45,542 nucleotides of DNA from Candidatus Micrarchaeia archaeon. GTDB taxonomy: Archaea > Micrarchaeota > Micrarchaeia > Micrarchaeales > CABMGC01. The stretch spans positions 1-45,542 of the forward strand of contig JBMFTS010000002.1 in the NCBI GenBank assembly GCA_049966915.1, written 5' to 3'. Positions 1-8,689 of the stretch are shown one piece after another. Positions within the stretch are counted from its first letter, which is position 1; each line of letters begins with the position of its first letter. The notes under the pieces are model-generated. The model was not told the DNA's origin and did no database searches. It was given only the letters and a program-made list of their open reading frames with translations. Position numbers and translations under genes: made by a program.

Positions 1-782
1 GCCACGAGAAACAGCGACGTGCTTATGTTATCATCAATCCTGATGTCTGCGCTTTCAACCAAAGCGCCGAGCGCGGCAATTGCCAGCGCGTACACGCCGA
101 CGAATGCGTAAGCCAAAGCCGCTACGCACACGAAGTATGCAAGAGCACCCTCAACGCTTTTGTTCCTGTTATACGCCAGGCCGTGCCTGCCGAATTTTAT
201 GCCGATTATTGTGGCGGCGCTGTCGCCGAAAAACAGCGCCATGAACAGCGCGGCAACATATGCCTCTTCGCTTATGAACGAGAGTATGAGCATGGCGCCT
301 AGTGCCAGCCAGAATGCGCCGGAACCGAGAGCCACGTTTTCCCTTTCTAGCGCGCTTATTGCTTTGGCAACGCCCGAATCCGGGCTAATGGCGACGTACG
401 TGCCTATTGTGCCGAGCAGCAAGATCGCCAATGCGAAAAGCACAATCGCATGGGAAACACCAATCGTGTAGAGCAGAAAAAGCACGATCGCGCCTATGAA
501 AATCTGTGTGTAATCCCTACTTATTTCCTTCTCTTTGTTTTTGCGCCCTTCGCGCCGCTTGGAGAACTTGTAAGAGCTTGCGAGCATGCCAAGCATGAGC
601 GCCTGTGCCGCTAAAAGCGGCTCTTGCACAATTGACAATACATAAAATATTGCGAACGGCAGCATTGCAAAATTGTACTTGGAATAGATCGTGTCGGTGA
701 AAGCGGCAATTATTGCAACCCCAGAAATTAGCAGGGGCGCGCTCACGTGTTCTATCGTTGCAAGCGCGAAACCTGCAAGCAT
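1..782 (-). CDS. Polyprenol/dolichol kinase-like membrane protein (CdsA / CTP-dependent kinase superfamily); C-terminus lies beyond the left window edge
   Basis: Absent from the supplied ORF track because it runs off the edge. Manual translation of the minus frame is open from ATG 782-780 to position 3. It reads MLAGFALATIEHVSAPLLISGVAII...ALFMALFFGDSAATIIGIKFGRHGLAYNRNKSVEGALAYFVCV...VESADIRIDDNISTSLFLV. The GDSAA-x4-G-x3-GRH ... KSVEG ... DDN pattern matches the dolichol kinase/CdsA signature as I recall it. It is hydrophobic throughout. In-frame GTG (848) or TTG (887) are alternative starts just after the upstream stop at 900-902. Confidence 0.6.
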   Translation of the reverse strand, partial: MLAGFALATIEHVSAPLLISGVAIIAAFTDTIYSKYNFAMLPFAIFYVLSIVQEPLLAAQALMLGMLASSYKFSKRREGRKNKEKEISRDYTQIFIGAIVLFLLYTIGVSHAIVLFALAILLLGTIGTYVAISPDSGVAKAISALERENVALGSGAFWLALGAMLILSFISEEAYVAALFMALFFGDSAATIIGIKFGRHGLAYNRNKSVEGALAYFVCVAALAYAFVGVYALAIAALGALVESADIRIDDNISTSLFLV

Positions 783-899
783 TGCCACAAACAGCCATGC
801 GAAGAATCGCCGTCTGCCAGCGTAAGCGGCATATGCCACAAGCGCCACTGCGATTATGTAATCGGCAAGCGCATACGCATATTGCAACGAACCGCCTTT

Positions 900-2756
900 T
901 CAAACAAACGACACGAGCCACGCGGCTATTACGAAAGCAGCAATTATTATGAATGGCGTGACCCTTTTTACAATGTTCCTTATTTCTTTTCCTGTTTGTT
1001 CTATGCGTTCCGAGGCGTTGGGCCCCCACACTTCAAAATTTTCTATCGTGTAATGGTTATGCGCGCACTGCACGCGCTCCATGTTGCCCATGGCGTAGCC
1101 TATCAGCAAGTCAAGGGCGGGAATTACTTCTATTGGTTTTGTGTGCCTGCCAAGGGCGTTGCCCGCATCTTCGGAAAGAAGGTTTATAGAATGCGTGTCG
1201 GTGGTGCAAAGCTCGGCTTGCATGTTGAACTTGTCGCGTATGTGCTCGATAACCTCTTTCCTAAATCCCGGCAGCATGTTGTTGGCGTCAAAATAAACAA
1301 GGCAAAACCTCGTGCTGCCGTAGCGCATTACGCACACGCTTGTATAGCCGTTGCCTATGTCCTTGTGCTTGCCGACAAGGTCGCCCAGCCGCCTGTACGC
1401 AAATCCCATTTCTAGCTTAAGATTCCTCTCGCCGGCTATTGCTTTTTCTATCGCCTTTTTGTAGTCCTCGACATATGCGCTTCCCTCGTTCACGCCCTTG
1501 AGCTCGTCTTTAGGCGCCGATTCGAATCGCGAATTGTGCGCGTCAACAAGCAGCACGCGGCCGTTGTGCAGTTTACGCTCCGCAAATGCCTTCAGCTCCA
1601 TGCCGACGGGCCGCGCAATGTCTTCTGTGACGTACGGCGCCTTAGAAAGCAGGATTATTCTGGTGTCGGACAGTTTTATGTCTATGGCCCTGCATTTGCC
1701 CTGGCTTCCGAAAGACACCGAACCCATTGCAGGTTTAAAATGCGCGCCAATGTGCGAGCCAGGAAATATCTTCTTAGCCATGGAAAAGACTTGCGAAGAG
1801 CCTACCGGATTGTCTTCTATATTTACTGTGCTGTGAAGCACGAACGGCGCTGCGCCGTATGCCTTGACTATGCGCGATCCCATATATTCGGTTGCCACGC
1901 TGCCTCCGGCGTTTGCAAAGGGGCCAAAGTGCATGTCCGGATTTACGAATACGGCGGCGTAGCCGCCGTCGTTGTTGCCTTTGCCTTTTATCGCGACCAC
2001 GTCCACCTCTGCATTTCTGCGCACAGCGGCGCGCTCTCCTATGAGTTGCGTGTCTGCAGAAAAGTTGTAAAGCCAATAGCTAAGCATGGAGCTCATTACC
2101 TTTACGCCGCTTGATCCTAGCAGCTTTCTCGTGGGCCTGTCTACCGCGTAAAGGAACGCGTAGCCAGCGGCCAAGAAGATGAGCATGCCTATTAACAGCT
2201 TGAGCAGCGTTATGTTGAGTGGAAAGTCAACGCCAAGCAGGTAAACTGAGAAAGGCAGGAAGAACAGCACGTCAAGCACCGGCTGAGTAGCCGATGTAAG
2301 CGCCGCGCCCCTTTTTCTTATTCCCATTACCACGTTGCCCATCACGAACCAGTAGCCGTATATGCCAGCGTTGGAAGCCAGCAGTATCGCATATGAGATT
2401 GCTACGCTCCTAGAGGCCGCGAACGCGACAGATACCACTACGAACGCTAATGCGTAAAACATGGCTATCATAGTAGTCGAGAGCATGGCGTGCTTCAGCT
2501 GCATGCGCCAGTTTATCGCCTTGATGAACAGCACTGTCAGCAACGCGGGCATGCTTATCGACATTATTCCGATTACCGCGCCTATCGTAAGCAGCCTGTA
2601 ATCCAGAAGCAGCGGCATGCCGTAATGTGCTATCGCAATTGAAAGCACTCCTGCTGCAACGCCTATCAAAAGCAGCACGGCTGCCTGTGCTATGGTGCTT
2701 GGAGCTTCTATTTTGAAGTACTTTGAATAGCGTGTTACGCTGTCGGTTTTGCGCAT
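900..2756 (-). CDS. Large archaeal membrane protein: N-terminal multi-TM block plus C-terminal soluble domain (DUF2070-like)
   Basis: 618-aa ORF. The first ~230 aa form 6-7 hydrophobic helices, followed by a ~350-aa soluble domain and a final TM helix (PFIIIAAFVIAAWLVSFV). Size and architecture resemble the archaeal DUF2070 family; the family call is from memory only. Confidence 0.55.
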   Translation of the reverse strand: MRKTDSVTRYSKYFKIEAPSTIAQAAVLLLIGVAAGVLSIAIAHYGMPLLLDYRLLTIGAVIGIMSISMPALLTVLFIKAINWRMQLKHAMLSTTMIAMFYALAFVVVSVAFAASRSVAISYAILLASNAGIYGYWFVMGNVVMGIRKRGAALTSATQPVLDVLFFLPFSVYLLGVDFPLNITLLKLLIGMLIFLAAGYAFLYAVDRPTRKLLGSSGVKVMSSMLSYWLYNFSADTQLIGERAAVRRNAEVDVVAIKGKGNNDGGYAAVFVNPDMHFGPFANAGGSVATEYMGSRIVKAYGAAPFVLHSTVNIEDNPVGSSQVFSMAKKIFPGSHIGAHFKPAMGSVSFGSQGKCRAIDIKLSDTRIILLSKAPYVTEDIARPVGMELKAFAERKLHNGRVLLVDAHNSRFESAPKDELKGVNEGSAYVEDYKKAIEKAIAGERNLKLEMGFAYRRLGDLVGKHKDIGNGYTSVCVMRYGSTRFCLVYFDANNMLPGFRKEVIEHIRDKFNMQAELCTTDTHSINLLSEDAGNALGRHTKPIEVIPALDLLIGYAMGNMERVQCAHNHYTIENFEVWGPNASERIEQTGKEIRNIVKRVTPFIIIAAFVIAAWLVSFV

Positions 2757-2784
2757 AGGCCATTACCGCGTTGGCAGCATTGCA

Positions 2785-3510
2785 TTACTTTCCGAACCTT
2801 CTCTGCCTTCTTGCATATTCCGCTATCGCGTTCGATAGATCCTGCTTTGTAAAATCGGGCCAAAGCTTGCTTGAAAAGTAGAGTTCGGAATAGGCTACCT
2901 GCCACGGCATAAAGCCCGAAAGCCTCTCCTCGCCAGACGTCCTTATTACCAGGTCTATGTCAGGCACTTTTGAAGAGAGCAGGAACTGTCTTAGTGCATT
3001 CTGGTTTATCCTGCGCGCATCGGCGCCGTATTTCGCTGCCATTGCCTTTGCCGCATGCAGAATATCGTCCCGGCCTCCGTATGCTATTAGCAGGTTTATG
3101 ACCCTGTCCTTGTAGTGCCTTGTTTCTTCTTCCACCTGCTTCATTGTGTTTTGCAACGTTTTCGGCAAGTGTTCTATGTTGCCTATAAGCTCCAGCCTCG
3201 TCCTGTTTTTGTGCAGCCTGTTTACCGTGTTCCTGTCGGAGAACACCTGCTGGTAAAGCGAGAACAGCGTCTGCCTTTCCATCAACGTTCTTTTGAAGTT
3301 TTCTGTGGAGAACGCCCACACGACTATGTTTTTAACGCCGTAGCTTTTGCACCATTCGGCGAAATCTATGAACTTCTGCACGCCCAGGCTGTACGCCTGC
3401 GCGAACCCGAGCTTGTGCTTGCGCGCCCACCTTCTGTTGCCATCCGGAATTAAGCCTATGACATATGGAATAGGCATCAAATCTCTACCTTTTATGCAGT
3501 TTATGCACAC
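2785..3510 (-). CDS. uppS: Undecaprenyl/polyprenyl diphosphate synthase (cis-prenyltransferase)
   Basis: IPDGNRRWARKH, VWAFSTENFKR, LIRTSGEERLSGFMPWQ and EYARRQRRFGK are canonical UppS motifs. The true start is probably Met12 (3477), giving MPIPYVIGLIPDGNRRW. Confidence 0.92.
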   Translation of the reverse strand: MCINCIKGRDLMPIPYVIGLIPDGNRRWARKHKLGFAQAYSLGVQKFIDFAEWCKSYGVKNIVVWAFSTENFKRTLMERQTLFSLYQQVFSDRNTVNRLHKNRTRLELIGNIEHLPKTLQNTMKQVEEETRHYKDRVINLLIAYGGRDDILHAAKAMAAKYGADARRINQNALRQFLLSSKVPDIDLVIRTSGEERLSGFMPWQVAYSELYFSSKLWPDFTKQDLSNAIAEYARRQRRFGK

Positions 3511-3514
3511 AATA

Positions 3515-3527
3515 TATTTAAATGTTG
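3515..3527 (+). promoter_or_regulatory. TATA-like box tatttaaatgttg, copy 1 (distal rRNA promoter or divergent uppS promoter)
   Basis: An exact 13-nt copy of the box at 3608-3620. AT-rich TTTAAA core typical of archaeal TATA boxes. It lies between uppS and the 23S gene. Confidence 0.3.
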
Positions 3528-3607
3528 ATTTGCTTCGTGTGCCGAAGGATTTGTTTTCGCTTCGATGAACGAAAAATGCATGCGAACTGCTCCGAATTAC
3601 AGCAACC

Positions 3608-3620
3608 TATTTAAATGTTG
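3608..3620 (+). promoter_or_regulatory. TATA-like box tatttaaatgttg, copy 2 (candidate 23S rRNA promoter)
   Basis: Identical 13-mer 93 nt downstream of copy 1. It sits about 150 nt upstream of the 5' processing-stem arm. Confidence 0.4.
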
Positions 3621-3770
3621 TTGCGCAAATATACTTGGTGCTTTTATGTCAGCACTGGGCTTGTAAAGGACTTATTTGAGAGCAAGCTCTGTTTTTGCTT
3701 TATGAAAATAAGTGGCTTAGCATAGCCGACCTTTCTGGCCTGTATGAGATTGCGCAAGCAATTGATTTGA

Positions 3771-3786
3771 TCGGGAGCAAACAAAG
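3771..3786 (+). repeat. 5' arm of the rRNA processing stem (tcgggagcaaacaaag)
   Basis: Perfect 16-nt reverse complement of 6621-6636. The two arms bracket the 23S rRNA, as expected for an archaeal processing helix. Confidence 0.8.
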
Positions 3787-3797
3787 ACACTAACATA

Positions 3798-6615
3798 TTT
3801 TTTAAGCCACCTAGGGGATGGCTTGGCTCTGGCCGCTGCTAAGGCCGTGGCAAGCTGCGAAAAGCTCGGGGTAGCCGCATGTCAGGCTTTGAACCCGAGA
3901 TTGCCGAATTGCACTATGCATAATGGTGCATGCAGACGCGGGGAACTGAAGCATCTTAGTACCCGCAGGAGAAGAAACCAATGGGATAGCGCGAGTAACG
4001 GCGAGTGAAAGCGCTGCAGGGCGTGCAGAATCCTTGTGCGCAAGTGCAAGGAGATGTTGCGCAGTAGTTACGTGTTTGCGAGCCGAAGGCTTTGGAAAAA
4101 GCCGCCAAAGAGAGTGACAGTCTCGTAGGCGAAGCAAGCGCGCAATAGCTGCAAAACGAGTAGCGTAGCTCGAGTATGCTATGCGAATATGGGGCGTTAA
4201 ACTCCAACCCTAAATATTGGCCAGAGACCGATAGGGAACAAGTACCGCGAGGGAAAGCTGAAAAGAACCCACACGTGTGGGAGTGAAAAGATCTGAAACT
4301 AGGTGGTTACAAGAAGGTGAGGGCGTGAGCTTTGAAACGCGCAGAAGCTAAGCTTCGTGAGAGGCTGGCGCAGCGCGCGGAGCAGCGTTCCATCATTCTT
4401 CTCGAAGCAAGAGCCAGGGAGTGTATCAGGAGTGGCGAGCGCATAGCGCAGCGAAAGCGAAGCCCTTTCGGGCGGGTGCGAAAGCGCCTTAGTCACTCTT
4501 TTACGACCCGAAGCCATTGTGAACTACGCGCGACCAGGGCGAAGTCGAGTTGATGCTCGATGGAGGCCCGCAACCTGTCATGGCGTGTCCTGTTGGGTGA
4601 GTCGCGGGTAGGGGCGATAGACCGTTCGAACATGGCAATAACGGGTCCCCTTCGAAGTATCTTTAGGATAGCCTCCATTCAGCTTGCACATACGGTAGAG
4701 CTACTGATTAGACTGCCGGAAGCGAAAGCTTCCGCTTTCTAGTCAAACTCCGAATGCATGTGCTGCTTAGATGGGGAGTCGGCGGCGTTGGGTAAGCTAG
4801 CGCCACGAGACTGGAATGACAGTGACAGAGGTTAAGGTCCCCAAATCCTAGTTAAGTGTGTTGAAGGAAGACGGCGTCGTAGACAGTCGGGAGGTAGGCT
4901 CAGAAGCAGCCATCCTTCAAAAAACGCGTAACAGCGTACCGATTGAGACGTTGTTTTCTTAAGATGGACGGGGCTAAACTAGGTACCGATACCCCTGCGT
5001 CCGCAAGGACGAGTAGGAGGGCATGCTGCATTGCAAGAAGCGCTTTCGTGAGGAGGCGTGGACAATGCAGTAGAGAAAATCCTGGTGTTAGTAACAGCAA
5101 ATAAAGGTAAGAATCCTTTACGCCTGAAGCACACGGTTTTCCTCGCAACAATCGTTGGCGGGGAGTTAGCCGTTCCTAAGCAGGGAGCCAATCACTACCC
5201 TGCAAAAGGGAAGCATGTTAATATTCATGCGCCAGGCACGTAGGTGTGGCAACACAAGGCAGATTCTTGACGCTTGGGGATAGGCCGCTTGCAACGTGCA
5301 AGTGGCTGCGGAGTCTCATTATGAGGAGAAGCAGCTAAATGAACTTCGGCTGAATTCCTGAGCCCGTGAAAAGGGAATCTGCAACGATCGTGCTTGAACG
5401 TACCTAGAACCAGTACAGGTGCTGCTGGCTGAAAAGGCCAAGGCGTGTCGGGATTAAATCAGGTTAGGGAACTCGGCAAGTTAGTGGCATACGGTAACAA
5501 TAAGCCATGTCTGCGCTCTGCAAGCGCAGATTGCAATAACAAAGGGGAGGCGACTGTTTCTTTAAAACACAACTCACCGCTAAGCAGTAATGCTTTGTAC
5601 AGTGGGTGACGCCTGCTCACCGCTAGTACGCGAAACCCCGAAAGGGGATAAACGCTAGCAAAGAGCGGGGGTAACTCTGACCCTCTTAAGGTAGCGTAAT
5701 ACCTCGTCGCTTAATAGGCGACCTGCATGAAGGGCGTAACGACTCCCCCAATGTCCCAACCTGGTGCCCGGTGAACTCACTGCGTGGTGTACATGCCACG
5801 TACCCTCAGTGGGAAACGAAGTCTCTATGAAACTTGACTACAGTCTGTTGTTGTCATGTTGCAGTGGTTGCATAGCGTAAGTGGGAGCGTCGAAGCATGC
5901 CCTTCGGGGCATGTGGAGCGACAATGTAACACCACTCTTCCTCTGCGGCGTGACTTACCGAAAAGGAACAGCGACAGATGGGTAGTTAGATTGGGCGGTT
6001 GCTTTCGATAAGGAAACGAAAGTGACCAATGCTCTGCTTAAGTGGGTTGGAAACCCACTGTTAAGCTTAAAGGCAAATGCAGGGCTGACTGTACCTCGAA
6101 GAGCGGGAGGTGCAGACTCGAAAGAGGGGCTTACCGAGCGTTGGAAGCTCTTTTAGCGGGGCTCCAACCTGTCAGAAAAGTTACTCTAGAGGTAACCGGT
6201 TCGTGGCTGGTGAGAGTTCACATCGACCCAGCCGTTTGATACACCGATATGGGCTTAGGTCATCCTGGTGGTGCAGGAGCCGCCAAGGGTCAGGCTGCTC
6301 GCCTGTCAAAGACCTACATGAGCTGAGTTAAGTCCGCCGCGAGGCAGGACGGTAGTATCTACTGAGGGTGTTAGTGTCAGAGGATAAGGCACCCCTAGTA
6401 CGAGAGGAATGGGGTACCGGCGCCTCCGGTTTAGCGGTTGTGAATGCATGGCCGCGTAGCTGCGCGCTAAGGAATAAGCCCTGAAAGCATCTAAGGGCGA
6501 AGTCCAATCCGAAACGAGACACTTAGGGTGGTCGTATTACATGACTCGATAGGGCGGCTGTGTAAGCCGGGAGCGCAAGCGACCGGTAAGCAGACCGCTA
6601 CTAAACCCTAAAAGT
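3798..6615 (+). rRNA. rrl: 23S (LSU) ribosomal RNA, ends approximate (+/- 20 nt)
   Basis: Conserved LSU blocks on the plus strand. These include ggatggcttggctc...ggggaactgaagcatcttagtacccgcaggagaagaaa near the 5' end. Also present are aaggtagcgtaatacctcgtcgcttaataggcgacctgcatgaagggcgtaacga (about 5690) and the sarcin-ricin loop agtacgagaggaa (about 6400). Every ORF-track entry inside this span is spurious. Confidence 0.95.
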
Positions 6616-6620
6616 TGGTC

Positions 6621-6636
6621 CTTTGTTTGCTCCCGA
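6621..6636 (+). repeat. 3' arm of the rRNA processing stem (ctttgtttgctcccga)
   Basis: Perfect reverse complement of 3771-3786. Confidence 0.8.
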
Positions 6637-6692
6637 TTTTTGTTTTTGCTAATGCTCTGTCTTGTTTTGCTCCATTTCGCGCTGCTGCACAG

Positions 6693-6701
6693 CTTTTAAA
6701 C
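6693..6701 (+). promoter_or_regulatory. TATA-like box (cttttaaac) for the membrane-protein operon
   Basis: Centred about 26 nt upstream of ATG 6723. That spacing is expected for a leaderless archaeal transcript. Confidence 0.4.
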
Positions 6702-6722
6702 TTTTGTTGCCTATTCATTATT

Positions 6723-7454
6723 ATGTCGAACGTGCTTGCCGACGCCGCAGCAACCTACTCTAGAAACATACGGCTAGTGCTCCTGTTCTCAATTCCTTTT
6801 CTTATTTCTTTCCTAATCCCGGTTGTCGCTCCTTTGCCGGCATATGTGTCAGGCGGGGCCATATTTCTCAGGACATCGGGCTTGTTCGTCAACACCAATC
6901 CCATTTCGCTTGCTATAATAGTGCTCGCTTTATTCTTCTCGCTGCTTTTCTTGAGTTTCGCATTCGTGGCTATAAGCCTGATAGTAAAGGCGGAGAAGAC
7001 GCATACCGCAATAACAAAGTCGGTGCTCCACAACCTCGAAAAGTACACGGGCAAGGTTTTTCTCGTGCTTCTCTTCTACGTGTTCGTGATCATGCTTGCA
7101 GACATCGCCGGCTATTTTGTAAACGCTTCGGGCATCGTCACCGCGGTAGTCGGCTTTTTCGCTTTCATGGCGATTTTTTACGCGCCTACAGCGATAGTAA
7201 TAGACAACAAGCGCATAGGCGTGGCCCTGAAGGACAGCGCCAGGCTCTCTTTCAACAGGCCCCAGTATTTCCTGCTTTGGCTTGTGCTCATAATAGCAAC
7301 AGTGTCGCTGCTCGACTTCCTGCTAATTCATTCGGTCGGCGGCGTTTATTCGGCGTACGCCCTTCTTGTCATCAACTCGCTGTTTGTTGTGCCGTATTTT
7401 GTAATATACCAGGCGCACGCGTACATGCGCAGATTCCAGATTCTTAGGCACTAA
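6723..7454 (+). CDS. Polytopic membrane protein (about 6 TM), first gene of the operon, not a member of the paralog family
   Basis: The ORF track starts it at TTG 6615, inside the rRNA processing stem. ATG 6723 (MSNVLADAAATYSRNIRLVLLF...) is preferred. The protein is very hydrophobic, lacks the R-x5-R-x2-GG motif, and matches no family I recognise. Confidence 0.7.
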   Translation: MSNVLADAAATYSRNIRLVLLFSIPFLISFLIPVVAPLPAYVSGGAIFLRTSGLFVNTNPISLAIIVLALFFSLLFLSFAFVAISLIVKAEKTHTAITKSVLHNLEKYTGKVFLVLLFYVFVIMLADIAGYFVNASGIVTAVVGFFAFMAIFYAPTAIVIDNKRIGVALKDSARLSFNRPQYFLLWLVLIIATVSLLDFLLIHSVGGVYSAYALLVINSLFVVPYFVIYQAHAYMRRFQILRH

Positions 7455-7490
7455 TTTTTATTACCTTATTTCCCTAATCTACTGGGAACC

Positions 7491-8681
7491 ATGCGCGCGC
7501 TTAATATCGGCGTTTTGCTTTTGGCGTTTTTCGCCATGTTCGGGCTTTCAGGCGCAGCCACTACTGCATACGTTTTGCCAAGCTCTTTCATCGCCGCGTC
7601 GCTGCTTGCGCTCACCATATCAATAGACGTAGTCGCTATAGGCTACGTCATTGCAAGGCTTGTGCCAAGCACGGGCATAAGGAGCTGGCTCGACACAGAA
7701 TACTGGGAGCTCGCAAAGAGCGCAATGATAATAATTGGCATATATGCTATCCTGGCATTCATCGGCAGCGTCAGCTTGATTGTTTATAACAGCTATTATC
7801 CAAGCATATCGCATGCCGCAAGCCCTGCATGCGGCTATTCCGCGCAATCCGCAGGCTCATATTCTGCAAGCATAGGCTCGCTAGCATCTGCAGCAGGCTG
7901 CTATCTGAGCAATACGGCAAGCGAAGTGGGCACAGCGATGCAGGACTTTTTCTTTCTTTCAGAGTCGCTGGGCGGCTTAAGAAGCATAACGCTCACAATA
8001 GAGCCTCCGATAGTTCTTCCGGATTTGGTTAATTATCTTCAGTTTGGCTTCTCCACAAAGATTTACGCAAACCAGCTGCTAGAGCAAGGGGTAACTACAG
8101 GCAAGTACGAATCGATGATAAACGACCTGTTTTCCATCATGCTCATACCAATTGCATTGCTCATAGCGGTGCAGCAAGTGGGCTTGGGCTATATAGTTGC
8201 GATAGGCCTGGGCTTTCTCATACCCCTCGGGCTCGTGTTCAGGGCGTTTCCTTTTATAAGGGGCATAGGCGGCACGCTCATAGGCATCGGCGTGGCGCTT
8301 GCGGTGGTATACCCGGCTACGCTTGTGCTGCTCAACATGCCGGTTTCGAACGCGTTCGTGTTTCTGGCGCCGACTACATCTAGTATGACATCCGTAGCGG
8401 CGAGTTCCGGAGTTCCGGTGCTGTTCAATATAGTCGATGCCCTGCTTCCGCCGCCCATAGCTCTCGGCATTCTTGGCGCATCGATCGCTCCTTTATTTGC
8501 ATACGTTGGCGAGATATACACGTTCCTAGACATATACCTTTTCTACGGCACATACTTGCTGCTCCAGTTCCTGCTGTTCATACTCGACCTTGTCATAGTA
8601 TACGCGCTTGGCGATAACATAGCAAGGATGTTAGGCGGCACATTCAGGCTGAGCTTCGGCAACAAGCTCAAGCTCGCGTAG
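7491..8681 (+). CDS. Paralog B of the six-member polytopic membrane protein family
   Basis: Signal-peptide-like N-terminus (MRALNIGVLLLAFFAMFGLSGA) and an extracytoplasmic loop of about 120 aa with two Cys. Motif RAFPFIRGIGG at 8241-8273, followed by TLIGIGVALAVVYP. C-terminal tail ARMLGGTFRLSFGNKLKLA. Confidence 0.8.
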   Translation: MRALNIGVLLLAFFAMFGLSGAATTAYVLPSSFIAASLLALTISIDVVAIGYVIARLVPSTGIRSWLDTEYWELAKSAMIIIGIYAILAFIGSVSLIVYNSYYPSISHAASPACGYSAQSAGSYSASIGSLASAAGCYLSNTASEVGTAMQDFFFLSESLGGLRSITLTIEPPIVLPDLVNYLQFGFSTKIYANQLLEQGVTTGKYESMINDLFSIMLIPIALLIAVQQVGLGYIVAIGLGFLIPLGLVFRAFPFIRGIGGTLIGIGVALAVVYPATLVLLNMPVSNAFVFLAPTTSSMTSVAASSGVPVLFNIVDALLPPPIALGILGASIAPLFAYVGEIYTFLDIYLFYGTYLLLQFLLFILDLVIVYALGDNIARMLGGTFRLSFGNKLKLA

Positions 8682-8689
8682 GTGATGCA

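Noticed and set aside
517-1415. ORF-track entries 517-1029 (-), 713-952 (+) and 747-1415 (+).
   Set aside because: They overlap the manually recovered dolichol-kinase-like gene and the 3' end of the DUF2070-like gene in other frames. Their Arg/Cys-rich translations are typical of off-frame reads.
3811-6522. About a dozen 60-108-aa ORFs on both strands in the ORF track (for example 3811-4137, 4900-5151 and 6328-6522).
   Set aside because: All lie inside the 23S rRNA gene, which is identified by several universally conserved LSU blocks. Their translations are Arg/Cys/Ser-rich and look like nonsense.
3798-6615. An intron or homing-endonuclease insertion in the 23S rRNA.
   Set aside because: The gene is only about 2.8 kb and the conserved blocks appear in the expected order and spacing. 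No long protein-like ORF lies inside it.
6615-6722. TTG-initiated N-terminal extension of the first membrane-protein gene, as given in the ORF track.
   Set aside because: It would start within the last few nucleotides of the approximate 23S rRNA call (3798-6615) and read straight through the 3' processing-stem arm (6621-6636). An ATG at 6723 with a TATA-like box about 26 nt upstream gives a cleaner leaderless gene.
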